Of a stretch of 64,000 bases of DNA, positions 19,919-28,751 are shown piece by piece. The translations under genes were made by a program, and so were the position numbers. The notes under the pieces were generated by a model, which saw nothing but the letters and a program-made list of their open reading frames with translations, searched no databases and was not told the origin of the DNA. How positions within the stretch are numbered: position 1 is the stretch's first letter; each line of letters opens with the position of its first letter. Source of the DNA: Turneriella sp. (lineage in GTDB: Bacteria > Spirochaetota > Leptospiria > Turneriellales > Turneriellaceae). The DNA lies in contig CBDIID010000003.1 in the NCBI GenBank assembly GCA_965279515.1, forward strand, positions 1,824,001-1,888,000. The letters run 5' to 3'.

Positions 19919-20281
19919 TTATTTGCCCCCTTCGACTGCTTCTAACGCTTCTTTCAAGGTAGGCGCCGAAAATGGCTTATTCAGATATTTCTTCGCTCCC
20001 AAATGCATCGCCTCAATGAGGGAATCCTTATTGGTGACCGCGGTTATAACGAGAATTTTCAGATTAGGGTCGAATTTGAGCAGCTCGGCCATGCATTTCA
20101 AGCCATCCATTTCCGGCATGGTGATATCCAGGGTGACCATATCGGGGCGTTTTTCTTTCACAAGTTCGACGGCCTTGACACCGTTTTCCGCTTCAGCCAC
20201 AATTTCATGGCCGCAATCCGTGGCAATTTTCGCAATGGCCATACGGATCATGCGGGAATCATCTATTACAATTATCTTCAT
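19919..20281 (-). CDS. cheY: CheY-like single-domain response regulator
   Basis: IDDS, TLDITMPEMDG, ITA, KPF. Confidence 0.85.
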   Translation of the reverse strand: MKIIVIDDSRMIRMAIAKIATDCGHEIVAEAENGVKAVELVKEKRPDMVTLDITMPEMDGLKCMAELLKFDPNLKILVITAVTNKDSLIEAMHLGAKKYLNKPFSAPTLKEALEAVEGGK

Positions 20282-20414
20282 ATCAAGAATTCAGGTCAAA
20301 TCAGCAATAGCCGTCAATCAGTTGGAATCCTTAGACTATGGAAAACCATAGTCTCGCAAAAATAAGGTTGTTTACGGTCACTATGAACGTAGCCTTTCGC
20401 CAGATTAGGTGTCG

Positions 20415-21050
20415 ATGACGGAAATTCCCGAAGCCAGAAGACTGATGACACAAGGCAAGGCCTCAGAAGCCGCCTTGATACTCGATCGTTACCTGAAGAA
20501 AAAACCTGGCCACAAAAAAGTGCGCCGTATTCTCACCGCGATCCGGAAATGTTACCTGACCATCGATGAAGAAAACGCACTTTTCGACCCGAAAGGAATG
20601 CAATACCAGGAGTTTTACTCCGATTTTAATCAGGTGCGTTTTTTTGCCATCATTCTGACACAGCATTTGCCGCCGCAAATTCAGGAACGCCGCTTGCTGG
20701 AGCAGCAAGTCAGCGAGATTGTTAAGAACGCAATCCGGCATGGCAACAAGGGTCACCTCCCGAAAAAGATAAAAGTTTGGTATGAGTTTGAACCCAGAAT
20801 CCGCTTTATTGTTGCCGACGAAGGCCCCGGTATGTCAAATATGGAAAACTGGAATGTTTTTAACCGCCAGCGCCGCAAGGCAGTTCGTGAAAACGACATG
20901 GAAACGCTGATGGACTTTGCGACATACCACGCAGACCACAGCGACCCGCATGATGGTGGAAACTCCCTCTTCGCCGCCCTGCAATTCTGGGATGAAGGCC
21001 TGATGTATAACACGCAACGCAATAAAGTTGTTGCTGTTAAGGGTTACTGA
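20415..21050 (+). CDS. RsbW-like HATPase protein with N-terminal helical (TPR-like) segment
   Basis: SEIVKNAIRHGN, VADEGPG, DGGNSL; alternative start GTG 20409. Confidence 0.7.
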   Translation: MTEIPEARRLMTQGKASEAALILDRYLKKKPGHKKVRRILTAIRKCYLTIDEENALFDPKGMQYQEFYSDFNQVRFFAIILTQHLPPQIQERRLLEQQVSEIVKNAIRHGNKGHLPKKIKVWYEFEPRIRFIVADEGPGMSNMENWNVFNRQRRKAVRENDMETLMDFATYHADHSDPHDGGNSLFAALQFWDEGLMYNTQRNKVVAVKGY

Positions 21051-21532
21051 TGCCCGAATATCACGACATCATAAACAACAGCCTGCAATCCTTACTGGAA
21101 CAATGGCTCGGTGAGCAAGTGTTCTACGAGCGCGATAAGATCACCAAACAATATGAAAGCAACCACGAAATAACCTGCCACATTTGTTTCTATGATTTCG
21201 CACTCAAAAGGGCCGGGGTTGCCCTGTTAAATGTGGATAAACAAGTGCTGGTGCGCCTTTGGGAGAAAGTATATAAAAGCCCGGTCGAAGACCTGGACTC
21301 TGTTGCAGAAATCGGCAGCGAGCTTCTCAATACCCTTACCGGCAGGGCATTGGAGGCTTTCAATGAGCGTGGCATGAGCATGCACCTTTCGCTGCCAAAC
21401 ATCATAGAAAACTCTCCCCAGCTAAAACTTTCGACATTCGGCAGGGATGATTTTTATTATTACGCATTCAGTGCAGCGGAAATCCGGTTCAGCTGGGTTT
21501 TATGCTTTTACGACGCTAAAGAGTTTGCCTGA
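21050..21532 (+). CDS. CheX/CheC-like protein (second copy, divergent)
   Basis: GSELLNTLTG (ExxN) followed by LSLPNII; start overlaps the upstream stop (TGATG). Confidence 0.65.
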   Translation: MPEYHDIINNSLQSLLEQWLGEQVFYERDKITKQYESNHEITCHICFYDFALKRAGVALLNVDKQVLVRLWEKVYKSPVEDLDSVAEIGSELLNTLTGRALEAFNERGMSMHLSLPNIIENSPQLKLSTFGRDDFYYYAFSAAEIRFSWVLCFYDAKEFA

Positions 21533-21592
21533 CCAGTTTTGGGCGGCAAAATGTTCCACGCGACAAGCTGAGCTTCGCGCAGAGATTGTCCT

Positions 21593-22588
21593 ATGCAGAA
21601 AGATAAACTGCAGGTCTACCTTTCCGCCCAGGCAGGCGCACCCGCTGAAATCACGGAGTTCCGCCAGCTCTCAGGCGGCGCCTGCCAGGATAACTACCTC
21701 GTACACCTGAGAGCCGGAGGCCGCGACGAGAAGCTCGTACTGCGCACCGACAAGGGCGGCGCGCTGCTCGGCAGTTTATCCCGCCCGCAGGAATACCAGG
21801 TGATTGAAAAAGCCGTAGCGGCCGGCGTACTCACACCGCCCGTCAAATGGCTCTCTGACGATACTTCTATCGTCGGGCATCCGTTCTATGTGATGCAAAA
21901 GATCGAAGGCACCGCTAACCCACGGGAAATTCTGAAGAACCGGAAAATCGATTTTAAGAAGCTTGCTGCGGATATTGCTCTGAATCTCGGAAAAATACAC
22001 AGCCTGAAATATCAATCCGACATTTTGCCATTCCTGGACCACAAGATCAGACCGGGCACAAACGAAATCAGCCTCGCGGCCATCGCACAGTGCCGCAAGC
22101 TGCTCGACGAACTGCCAGGCGGCTACCCCGGTATCGAGCTCTGCCTGAACTGGGCCGAGGCCAATGCGCCCGTCACCGACGAGCTCGTGCTGTGCCACAG
22201 CGATTTTAGAAGTGGTAATTTTATGGTGGCGGATGGAGCGCTCTCGGGGATTCTCGACTGGGAATTCGCGCATTGGGGCGACCGCCATGAAGATATCGGC
22301 TATCTCAGAATGCGCGACTGGCGCTTCGGCAAGGTGAAAAACGAAATCGGTGGGTTTGCGGCGCCCGAAGATTTTTATCCGCACTATGAAAAGGCATCGG
22401 GCACGAAGGTAGATCCTGACAAAGTACGCTACTGGGAAGTCATGGGCAACATTCGCTGGGCCATCGGCGCGGCGCAACAGGGCGAACGCCATCTTTCCGG
22501 AAAAGACAGAGGCATCGAGTTCGCCTCAATCGGCCGCCGCGTTGCCGAAATGGAATTCGAGGCGATGAAACTGATAGAGGGCAATTAA
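21593..22588 (+). CDS. Phosphotransferase, APH family (LvaA / ACAD10-11 kinase-like)
   Basis: LSGGACQ, CHSDFRSGN, ILDWEFAH, ASIGRR. Confidence 0.88.
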   Translation: MQKDKLQVYLSAQAGAPAEITEFRQLSGGACQDNYLVHLRAGGRDEKLVLRTDKGGALLGSLSRPQEYQVIEKAVAAGVLTPPVKWLSDDTSIVGHPFYVMQKIEGTANPREILKNRKIDFKKLAADIALNLGKIHSLKYQSDILPFLDHKIRPGTNEISLAAIAQCRKLLDELPGGYPGIELCLNWAEANAPVTDELVLCHSDFRSGNFMVADGALSGILDWEFAHWGDRHEDIGYLRMRDWRFGKVKNEIGGFAAPEDFYPHYEKASGTKVDPDKVRYWEVMGNIRWAIGAAQQGERHLSGKDRGIEFASIGRRVAEMEFEAMKLIEGN

Positions 22589-22981
22589 ATGCAATACCGT
22601 CCCGAGCACACCGATCTACTCGAAGCGATCCAGGAATTTCTCATTAAAGAAGTTCTGCCCTTTGTCAAAGAACAGGACGCGCTCGCTTACAAGACGTTGG
22701 TCTCATGGAACATGCTGGGTGTTGTTTCGCGCGAGCTGAAGGGCAGTCGGCCGCTGCTCGAAGAAGACGCCAAACTTCTGGGTACGCTGACCGGTCAAAA
22801 ACCCGATGTCAAAGGCATGGGCGACAGGGAACTACTCAAAAGCACGCATGATCTTGCACGCGCCGCGGCGCAAAAGATCCGCGCGCAGAAATCCTTGCCG
22901 GGCAGCGCAGAATGGAAGGCTGTAAAGGAAGTACTCAAGCATAACCTGCAGATCTCGAATCCCCGCTATGGTGCGGAATGA
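22589..22981 (+). CDS. Small helical protein, DUF6285/LvaB-like
   Basis: RP..DLLEAI..FL..EVLP at the N-terminus and LQISNPRY at the C-terminus; abuts the kinase gene. Confidence 0.7.
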   Translation: MQYRPEHTDLLEAIQEFLIKEVLPFVKEQDALAYKTLVSWNMLGVVSRELKGSRPLLEEDAKLLGTLTGQKPDVKGMGDRELLKSTHDLARAAAQKIRAQKSLPGSAEWKAVKEVLKHNLQISNPRYGAE

Positions 22982-23029
22982 ACTGTGGAAAAAGCTTTAC
23001 GCGTAATCCATTTGGTTCTCTGATAACGT

Positions 23030-23236
23030 GTGCTGGAAATTCATATTGAATTCGATCGCGAAGACGATGGTCGGTACATTGCAGAAGCAACGGAGTTGCC
23101 AGGCGTACTGGCCTATGGTAAATCCCGCGAAGAAGCCTTGGCGTCCTGCGAAGCCTTAGCCCTACGCGTCCTGGCAGACAAACTCGAAAGTGGTGAAGCC
23201 ATCGCCGATTCTTTTCGCATTTTGATTCCCGCCTGA
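23030..23236 (+). CDS. hicB: HicB-family antitoxin (short form)
   Basis: EDDGRYIAEATELPGVLAYGKSREEAL. Confidence 0.88.
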   Translation: MLEIHIEFDREDDGRYIAEATELPGVLAYGKSREEALASCEALALRVLADKLESGEAIADSFRILIPA

Positions 23237-23448
23237 TGGCCGACTGGTCAGCAAAGAAAGCCAAACAGGTTCTTGCAGCGCTGCTTCAGATTGGCTGGAT
23301 AGTGAAACGACAGACCGGCTCCCATAGGGTTCTAACCCATCCGCAGTTTCCGGATTATATCTTCGCATTCCATGATGGGGTCGAGATCGGCCCTGTAATG
23401 CTTAGAAAAATTGCGAAGCATACCGGTTTGAAACCTGATGATTTATGA
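23236..23448 (+). CDS. hicA: HicA-family toxin (mRNA interferase)
   Basis: GWIVKRQTGSHRVL...HDGVEIGPVMLRKIAK. Confidence 0.9.
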   Translation: MADWSAKKAKQVLAALLQIGWIVKRQTGSHRVLTHPQFPDYIFAFHDGVEIGPVMLRKIAKHTGLKPDDL

Positions 23449-24155
23449 CTGAACTCATCCTCATACGCCACGGACAGGCCAATAGCGCCGGCGAAAATTA
23501 CGATGAACTCACCGAGACCGGCCGTGAGCAGGCGCGCAGGGTCGGCGCATGGCTCGCGACGACGGGTTATAGTTTTGACAGGGTGCTGCACGGCGGCCTC
23601 AAACGCCAGGAACAGACCCTTGAACTCATTCAAGAGGAAATGCAAAAGGTCGATCGCCGTGTCGCCACAGCGGAAATCCACCCGGCACTTGCCGAATTCG
23701 ACCTGAAAATCTTTTACACACTCGCGGCCGAAATGCGCCACGGTAATCCAGAGTTCGCGGAAGTCTTGAAGGCCTGGAATAAAGCAAGGCACACCGACGC
23801 GCCGGAAAAAGGCGATGTCTTCAAACGCCTCATGGGTCTCGTCATCGGCGAATGGACAAAACGCGGCGAAGACTTTACTGCCGCAGAAAGTTTTCCTGCA
23901 TTTCAGAAACGCGTGCTTTCGGTTTTTGAACTCGCGTCAAATACCCCACAGCGGATTCTTGCAGTTACATCGGGTGGGCCGATTTCACTGATCGTGGGCG
24001 GGGCATTGGGTCTCGACACGACCGGGGCCCTCGGTCTCATCCGCCGTATCTACAACACATCGATTCATCATCTCACACTGACAGAGGCGCGGCGCGACCT
24101 TGTTTCATTCAACGCGGTACCGCACCTGACCTTGCCCGAACGAACACTCGTTTAA
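23445..24155 (+). CDS. Histidine phosphatase (phosphoglycerate mutase) family protein
   Basis: LIRHGQA, LKRQEQT, VTSGGPI, FNAVPHL. Confidence 0.9.
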   Translation: MTELILIRHGQANSAGENYDELTETGREQARRVGAWLATTGYSFDRVLHGGLKRQEQTLELIQEEMQKVDRRVATAEIHPALAEFDLKIFYTLAAEMRHGNPEFAEVLKAWNKARHTDAPEKGDVFKRLMGLVIGEWTKRGEDFTAAESFPAFQKRVLSVFELASNTPQRILAVTSGGPISLIVGGALGLDTTGALGLIRRIYNTSIHHLTLTEARRDLVSFNAVPHLTLPERTLV

Positions 24156-25384
24156 GGCTTCTTCAACCGCGAAGCCGGCACCCACTCATTCCAGTCGTCG
24201 CCAAAACCTTCATAAGAGACAAAGGTTTTCGCGCCGTCTTTCTTGAGGACGCGGCCGGGATACCACTTGCCCTTCCACTCAATGAGCACGCTGTCTGCGG
24301 TGACGATGCGATCGGCCATGATCCATTCATTCCATTCGGGCCCGAAGCCGCTATACGTAATGTAGTGAAAGCCGCCTTCTTCTTTAAGAACCTGCGCATC
24401 GTAAGATTTACCGTTCCATAGGGCGCGCACCTTGCTGCCAACAGGCGTTGCACGGAATTCGAAGGGTTTCAGCTGATCGGCGTCGAGCGATGCGGATTTC
24501 TTTTCGCTGTAGAAATAAAACTCCGCGGTGACTTTATTTCCGTTCCGGCCGATGATGCGGGCGGGGTTCGCGCGTTTCTCATAAGGGGCGATGACATAAC
24601 CGCCGGTATTCGCGGTCTTACCGCCCTGCGCAGATGCGATCTTAAAACTCCCGTCGATACCGGACAGGAAATAACCATTACGTTGACGCTCGCGGTATTT
24701 CATCGCCTCGGCAACCTCTTCATTCACTTCAGAAAGCAGAATCGTGCCGTCGCCGTTGCGGTCGCAGAACGGCGAACCGCTTAGGCAGTCAATGAACGTC
24801 TGGGTAAAAGTCCAGTTACCGCTCGACGTGTTTGAGGCTGTGGCAGAAGCCACGACCGCGACTTGTTTGCCTTTGGCTGCAATAATGCGCATCGCCTGTT
24901 CGAGCGCACCCGAATAACAGAAGTCACCGCTTAAGATCACAAGCTTACCCTTGAAGTTGGCGGCGATCAGGTCGGCGATTGCGCGGATGCTGACTCCGGT
25001 CGCCTCGCGGTTCGAATCAATATCAGAATTGGCAATCATCGCACCGCTCTTGATCTGTATGCCATGACCCGCGTAGTAGAAGAAGAATGTTCCGTCGGCC
25101 GGCGCAGCAGCTGCGGCCTCGCGCACCGCCGTTTCGATTTGTTTTTTCGTGCCCTGCGCATCGATGAGTATCTTGATATTCTTCGCGCCGCGCTTTGCCA
25201 ACAGGGCGTGCAATTCGCGGTCTTTGCGTAGTTTATCTGAGAATGGTGAAAGCGATGCGTCTTTCCATTTTAAGACGCCGACAATGACGCCATAGGTCTT
25301 TTCGAATTGCCACTCTGCAGCGTGTGTGGCCGCGACGGCGGAGAGGAAAAAAACAGTCAGGGAAAGTAGCTTAAATATGCGCAT
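24152..25384 (-). CDS. Secreted caspase-family (C14) peptidase with C-terminal Tudor/Agenet-like repeats
   Basis: Signal peptide; dyad in YYAGHG and DFCYSG; two Y.GFG..WNEW repeats. Confidence 0.8.
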   Translation of the reverse strand: MRIFKLLSLTVFFLSAVAATHAAEWQFEKTYGVIVGVLKWKDASLSPFSDKLRKDRELHALLAKRGAKNIKILIDAQGTKKQIETAVREAAAAAPADGTFFFYYAGHGIQIKSGAMIANSDIDSNREATGVSIRAIADLIAANFKGKLVILSGDFCYSGALEQAMRIIAAKGKQVAVVASATASNTSSGNWTFTQTFIDCLSGSPFCDRNGDGTILLSEVNEEVAEAMKYRERQRNGYFLSGIDGSFKIASAQGGKTANTGGYVIAPYEKRANPARIIGRNGNKVTAEFYFYSEKKSASLDADQLKPFEFRATPVGSKVRALWNGKSYDAQVLKEEGGFHYITYSGFGPEWNEWIMADRIVTADSVLIEWKGKWYPGRVLKKDGAKTFVSYEGFGDDWNEWVPASRLKKP

Positions 25385-25435
25385 CGTCCGCAATAGCCGG
25401 GGCGCGGCGCTCGGAAAGCGAATTTTTTCCGGGAC

Positions 25436-25795
25436 TTACCCTCCGGTTTCTTGCCAAAGTTCGATCTTATTGCCATCCGCGTCATAGATCCACGCAAAAC
25501 GGCCGTAATCTTCGTCCTGGCGTTTTTCGTCGATACGAACGCCCTTCGTCTTGAGTTCATCAATGAGGCCATCGATATCTTTCACACGAAAATTCAGCAT
25601 CACGGATTGCGGGTCCGGGAAATACGTGGAGTCTTTTTTGAAAGGTGCAAAAACCAGTGGCCCCGCTGCAACGGACCAGATCTCGCCGCTATTTCCGAAA
25701 GGGATGCCGAGATGTTCTTTATACCATTCTGCAAGCTTTTCAGGATCTTTCGAACGGAAGAAGATGCCGCCGATTCCAAGGACGTGTGAACTCAT
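25436..25795 (-). CDS. VOC/glyoxalase family protein
   Basis: GIGGIFFRSKDPEKLAEWY...GRFAWIYDADGNKIELW. Confidence 0.9.
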   Translation of the reverse strand: MSSHVLGIGGIFFRSKDPEKLAEWYKEHLGIPFGNSGEIWSVAAGPLVFAPFKKDSTYFPDPQSVMLNFRVKDIDGLIDELKTKGVRIDEKRQDEDYGRFAWIYDADGNKIELWQETGG

Positions 25796-25845
25796 AGGTC
25801 GCTCCTTACCTTGGCAGACGCCACCGCAAGCGGATTTATGCGGAG

Positions 25846-26604
25846 TTATACTGCGTTGAGGTGAGTGAGAATGACCGGTGCACCGTCGGTGACCACAATC
25901 GTGTGCTCGTGCTGCGCAACAAAGCCACCCTTATTACCGACCAGAGTCCAGCCGTCGCTGAGTGTTTTTGCCATTGTAGAACCCGTTGAAATAAAGGTCT
26001 CGATCGCCACGACTGAGTTCTTCTTAAAACGCCGCTTGTTGCGGTTATCGCGCCAGTTGAGAATTTCATTCGGCTCTTCGTGGAGGCGACGGCCGACACC
26101 ATGCCCTGCAAGATTGCGTATTACGGAAAAGCCCGATTTATTCGCCTCGCTTTCCATGAGGCCGCCGATATCAGCGATTCTGACTCCGTCACGGATAGAA
26201 GCAACCGCGCGGTGTAATATTTTCTGCGAGGCATCGACAAGTTTCTGGTGCCCGTTCGTGTCGCGCCCGAGAACGAACGATCCGCCGTTGTCAGACCAGA
26301 AACCGCCCCGCTCTGCGGAAACATCGATGTTGATGAGATCACCGTCGTGCAAAACTTTATTCGCATCGGGAATCCCGTGCGCGATCTCTTTATTCACACT
26401 GATGCAGGTATGTCCGGGAAAACCGTAAGCCAGCTTTGGCGCAGATCGCGCGCCCTCGTCAGAGAGCAGCTTACCACCAAACCGGTCTAGCTCAGCTGCT
26501 GACATGCCGGGTTGCGCGTACTCGCGCATTCTTCTGAGCGTCAGTGCGACGATATCGCTGATGCGGCGCATGCCTTCGAGTTCTTCTTTAGATTGTATCG
26601 ACAT
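25846..26604 (-). CDS. map: Type I methionine aminopeptidase
   Basis: CISVNKEIAHGIP, NIDVS, SD, GHGVGRRLHEEP, AIETF, AQHEHT. Confidence 0.95.
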   Translation of the reverse strand: MSIQSKEELEGMRRISDIVALTLRRMREYAQPGMSAAELDRFGGKLLSDEGARSAPKLAYGFPGHTCISVNKEIAHGIPDANKVLHDGDLINIDVSAERGGFWSDNGGSFVLGRDTNGHQKLVDASQKILHRAVASIRDGVRIADIGGLMESEANKSGFSVIRNLAGHGVGRRLHEEPNEILNWRDNRNKRRFKKNSVVAIETFISTGSTMAKTLSDGWTLVGNKGGFVAQHEHTIVVTDGAPVILTHLNAV

Positions 26605-26624
26605 AGTCTATATACCTCTTTGGC

Positions 26625-27794
26625 TCAGAATTTATTAAAATATCCGGATTCGATGACGGGAGCACAAAGTGAGCCGATCGATTTTGTGTCTATGATTAGT
26701 ATCGGGTTATTGGTTGCATTCGGAATACCGTAAATTTTGCCGTTCGCTGCCAAAACGCCACCCACCCAGCCACCGCTGCCGGGGCCGAACGTCCGGGTTT
26801 GTGAGGTCGTGGGGTCGAACTCAATGACCGCTGTTGCCGCATTGGGAATAAAATAAATTTTACCATTGGGCGCGTATACAGCGCCCGCGTAGTTCGCCGC
26901 AGTCAGCGCGAAACTCCCCCATGTCTGCGTTGTCCGCGTCGTCGGATCAATTTCCAGTATCGTACCTGTGATCCCGGGTGACGCGTAATAGCGGCCGTTA
27001 TTGCCCATCGCTCCGCCGATCCATTTTGCCCCAGCGCCAAACGTGCCAAATTCCGACGTGGTATCCGTTGCCGGATCAATTTCCAGAACAGTCGTTCCAT
27101 CGGTAGGGGGGGCATAGATTTTTCCGTTCGGCGCGAGAAATGCACCGCCCCATTTTCCAACGCCGGCGCCTCCTAATGAACCGAAATAACTATGTGTGTC
27201 GGTATTAGGATCGATTTTCAGAACACTCGTCGCCCAATGCGGAATGCCGTAAATGAAACCCTGCGGAGCAACTGTCATTCCCAGGATAGCGTTGTTGGTT
27301 CCGGAGACGGTGCCGGTGAAAGTGACGACCGTCGAGGGCGGTGTAAACACACGCGGCAGGTTTGTCACCGAATAAGGACTCCAGTAAATTTTTCCGTTTG
27401 TGGCCAGAACCCCGCTGGCATGCGCTCCCCCACCCGGAGCCGTGCCGCTGGTTGTAAACGAATCGGTGGCGGGATCTATTTCCATATTGGCCGTAGCCAC
27501 AAAGGGATTCCCATAGATCTTCCCGTTTGCGCCTAACACACCACCATGGTACGGATTCGTCGCTGTGGGACCAGATATAGTCGTCACCACAGGATCACCG
27601 GTCGTACCTTTTTGGGCTACCTCTTGCAGATATTTTTGCACAGCAGACCAGTTCGCAGGTTGAATCACTTCGAGGCGTGATAGCGTACACACATCAACCG
27701 TTGGCGATTTGGATAGTTCCCAAAAGTGACCCCAGCTTTGCCCACACGAAAAGCAAAACATTGTGCCCAGGATCGGTATTAACGTTCGGCGCAT
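26625..27794 (-). CDS. Lipoprotein with seven ~42-aa NGKIY repeats (beta-propeller)
   Basis: Lipobox-like CFSC; repeats of the form GGVLAxNGKIYxxP. Confidence 0.75.
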   Translation of the reverse strand: MRRTLIPILGTMFCFSCGQSWGHFWELSKSPTVDVCTLSRLEVIQPANWSAVQKYLQEVAQKGTTGDPVVTTISGPTATNPYHGGVLGANGKIYGNPFVATANMEIDPATDSFTTSGTAPGGGAHASGVLATNGKIYWSPYSVTNLPRVFTPPSTVVTFTGTVSGTNNAILGMTVAPQGFIYGIPHWATSVLKIDPNTDTHSYFGSLGGAGVGKWGGAFLAPNGKIYAPPTDGTTVLEIDPATDTTSEFGTFGAGAKWIGGAMGNNGRYYASPGITGTILEIDPTTRTTQTWGSFALTAANYAGAVYAPNGKIYFIPNAATAVIEFDPTTSQTRTFGPGSGGWVGGVLAANGKIYGIPNATNNPILIIDTKSIGSLCAPVIESGYFNKF

Positions 27795-27883
27795 GCGTCG
27801 CAAAATCGCTGCGGCTTTGCACCGTCAAAACATATGTAACGAAAACTGCGTTTACCCCGTGCCCGATGCATATGCTCTGCTCC

Positions 27884-28609
27884 ATGGCACAAAAAACCGT
27901 ACTCATTACAGGCGCGACACGCGGCATCGGCAGGGGGATTGCCCTCGGATTTGCCGCCGCCGGCTACCAGGTCTATGGCACAGGCCGCAATTTAGAGGGC
28001 GGCGATTGGGCGAAAGAAAAGGGCATCATTTTGAAACAAGCCGATGTCTCCGACCAGGCGGCTATGGCGCAGATCATGAAAGAGATCCAGGAAAAACATG
28101 GCCGCCTGGATTGTCTTGTGAATAATGCCGGTGTCGCATCCAACACTCCGGCGTCGGGTCTCGACGACGACGAAATTGCGAAAATCATCGATACCAATTT
28201 CAAGGCAGTCTTTCAATGCTGCCAGAGCTATTACAAAATGCAGCGCAAATCGGGCGGCGGCAATATCATCAATATCTCGAGCGTACTGGGTATCGTCGGG
28301 ACATCCCTCGCCTCTGTCTATTCAGGCACGAAGGGCGCCGTCATTTCCATGACGAAAGCCCTCGCCATCGAATGGGCGAATTCCGGCTTTCGCGTGAATG
28401 CCATCTGCCCCGGCTTCATCGACACCGACATGACCGAGATGATCAAAAAACGCGAGGCGGTTTACCAAAAGATGCTCGAGTACATTCCGTTAAAACGCCT
28501 CGGCACTCCGGAAGATATCGCAGCCCCGGCTGTAATGCTCGCTTCTGACGGGGCATCTTATATCACGGGGCAAATCATCGTCGTCGACGGCGGATTGACC
28601 GCGCAATAG
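27884..28609 (+). CDS. SDR family oxidoreductase (FabG-like)
   Basis: TGATRGIG, NNAG, YSGTKG, VDGG; start MAQKTV. Confidence 0.9.
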   Translation: MAQKTVLITGATRGIGRGIALGFAAAGYQVYGTGRNLEGGDWAKEKGIILKQADVSDQAAMAQIMKEIQEKHGRLDCLVNNAGVASNTPASGLDDDEIAKIIDTNFKAVFQCCQSYYKMQRKSGGGNIINISSVLGIVGTSLASVYSGTKGAVISMTKALAIEWANSGFRVNAICPGFIDTDMTEMIKKREAVYQKMLEYIPLKRLGTPEDIAAPAVMLASDGASYITGQIIVVDGGLTAQ

Positions 28610-28751
28610 TTGTCATTTAAAATATCCGAATTCACGGATAGGCAATCTCTTGCACTATAGGTGCTTTTTTGACAAAACTCTTGACGCGGCCCGCTTGCTG
28701 TTATCCACCTGCTGAATACCTTCCGGGACCAAGTTGCCCCGATAACATTCC

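Noticed and set aside
23030..25384. hicBA plus caspase as an anti-phage defence island
   Set aside because: The caspase is exported, on the opposite strand, and has no gasdermin, NLR or nuclease partner; there are no mobility genes.
25846..26604. map outside a ribosomal operon
   Set aside because: Second MetAP copies are common and all metal ligands are intact.
26625..27560. Repetitive DNA as a possible CRISPR array or VNTR
   Set aside because: The repeats are degenerate, in frame and protein-level; there are no identical repeats with spacers and no cas genes.
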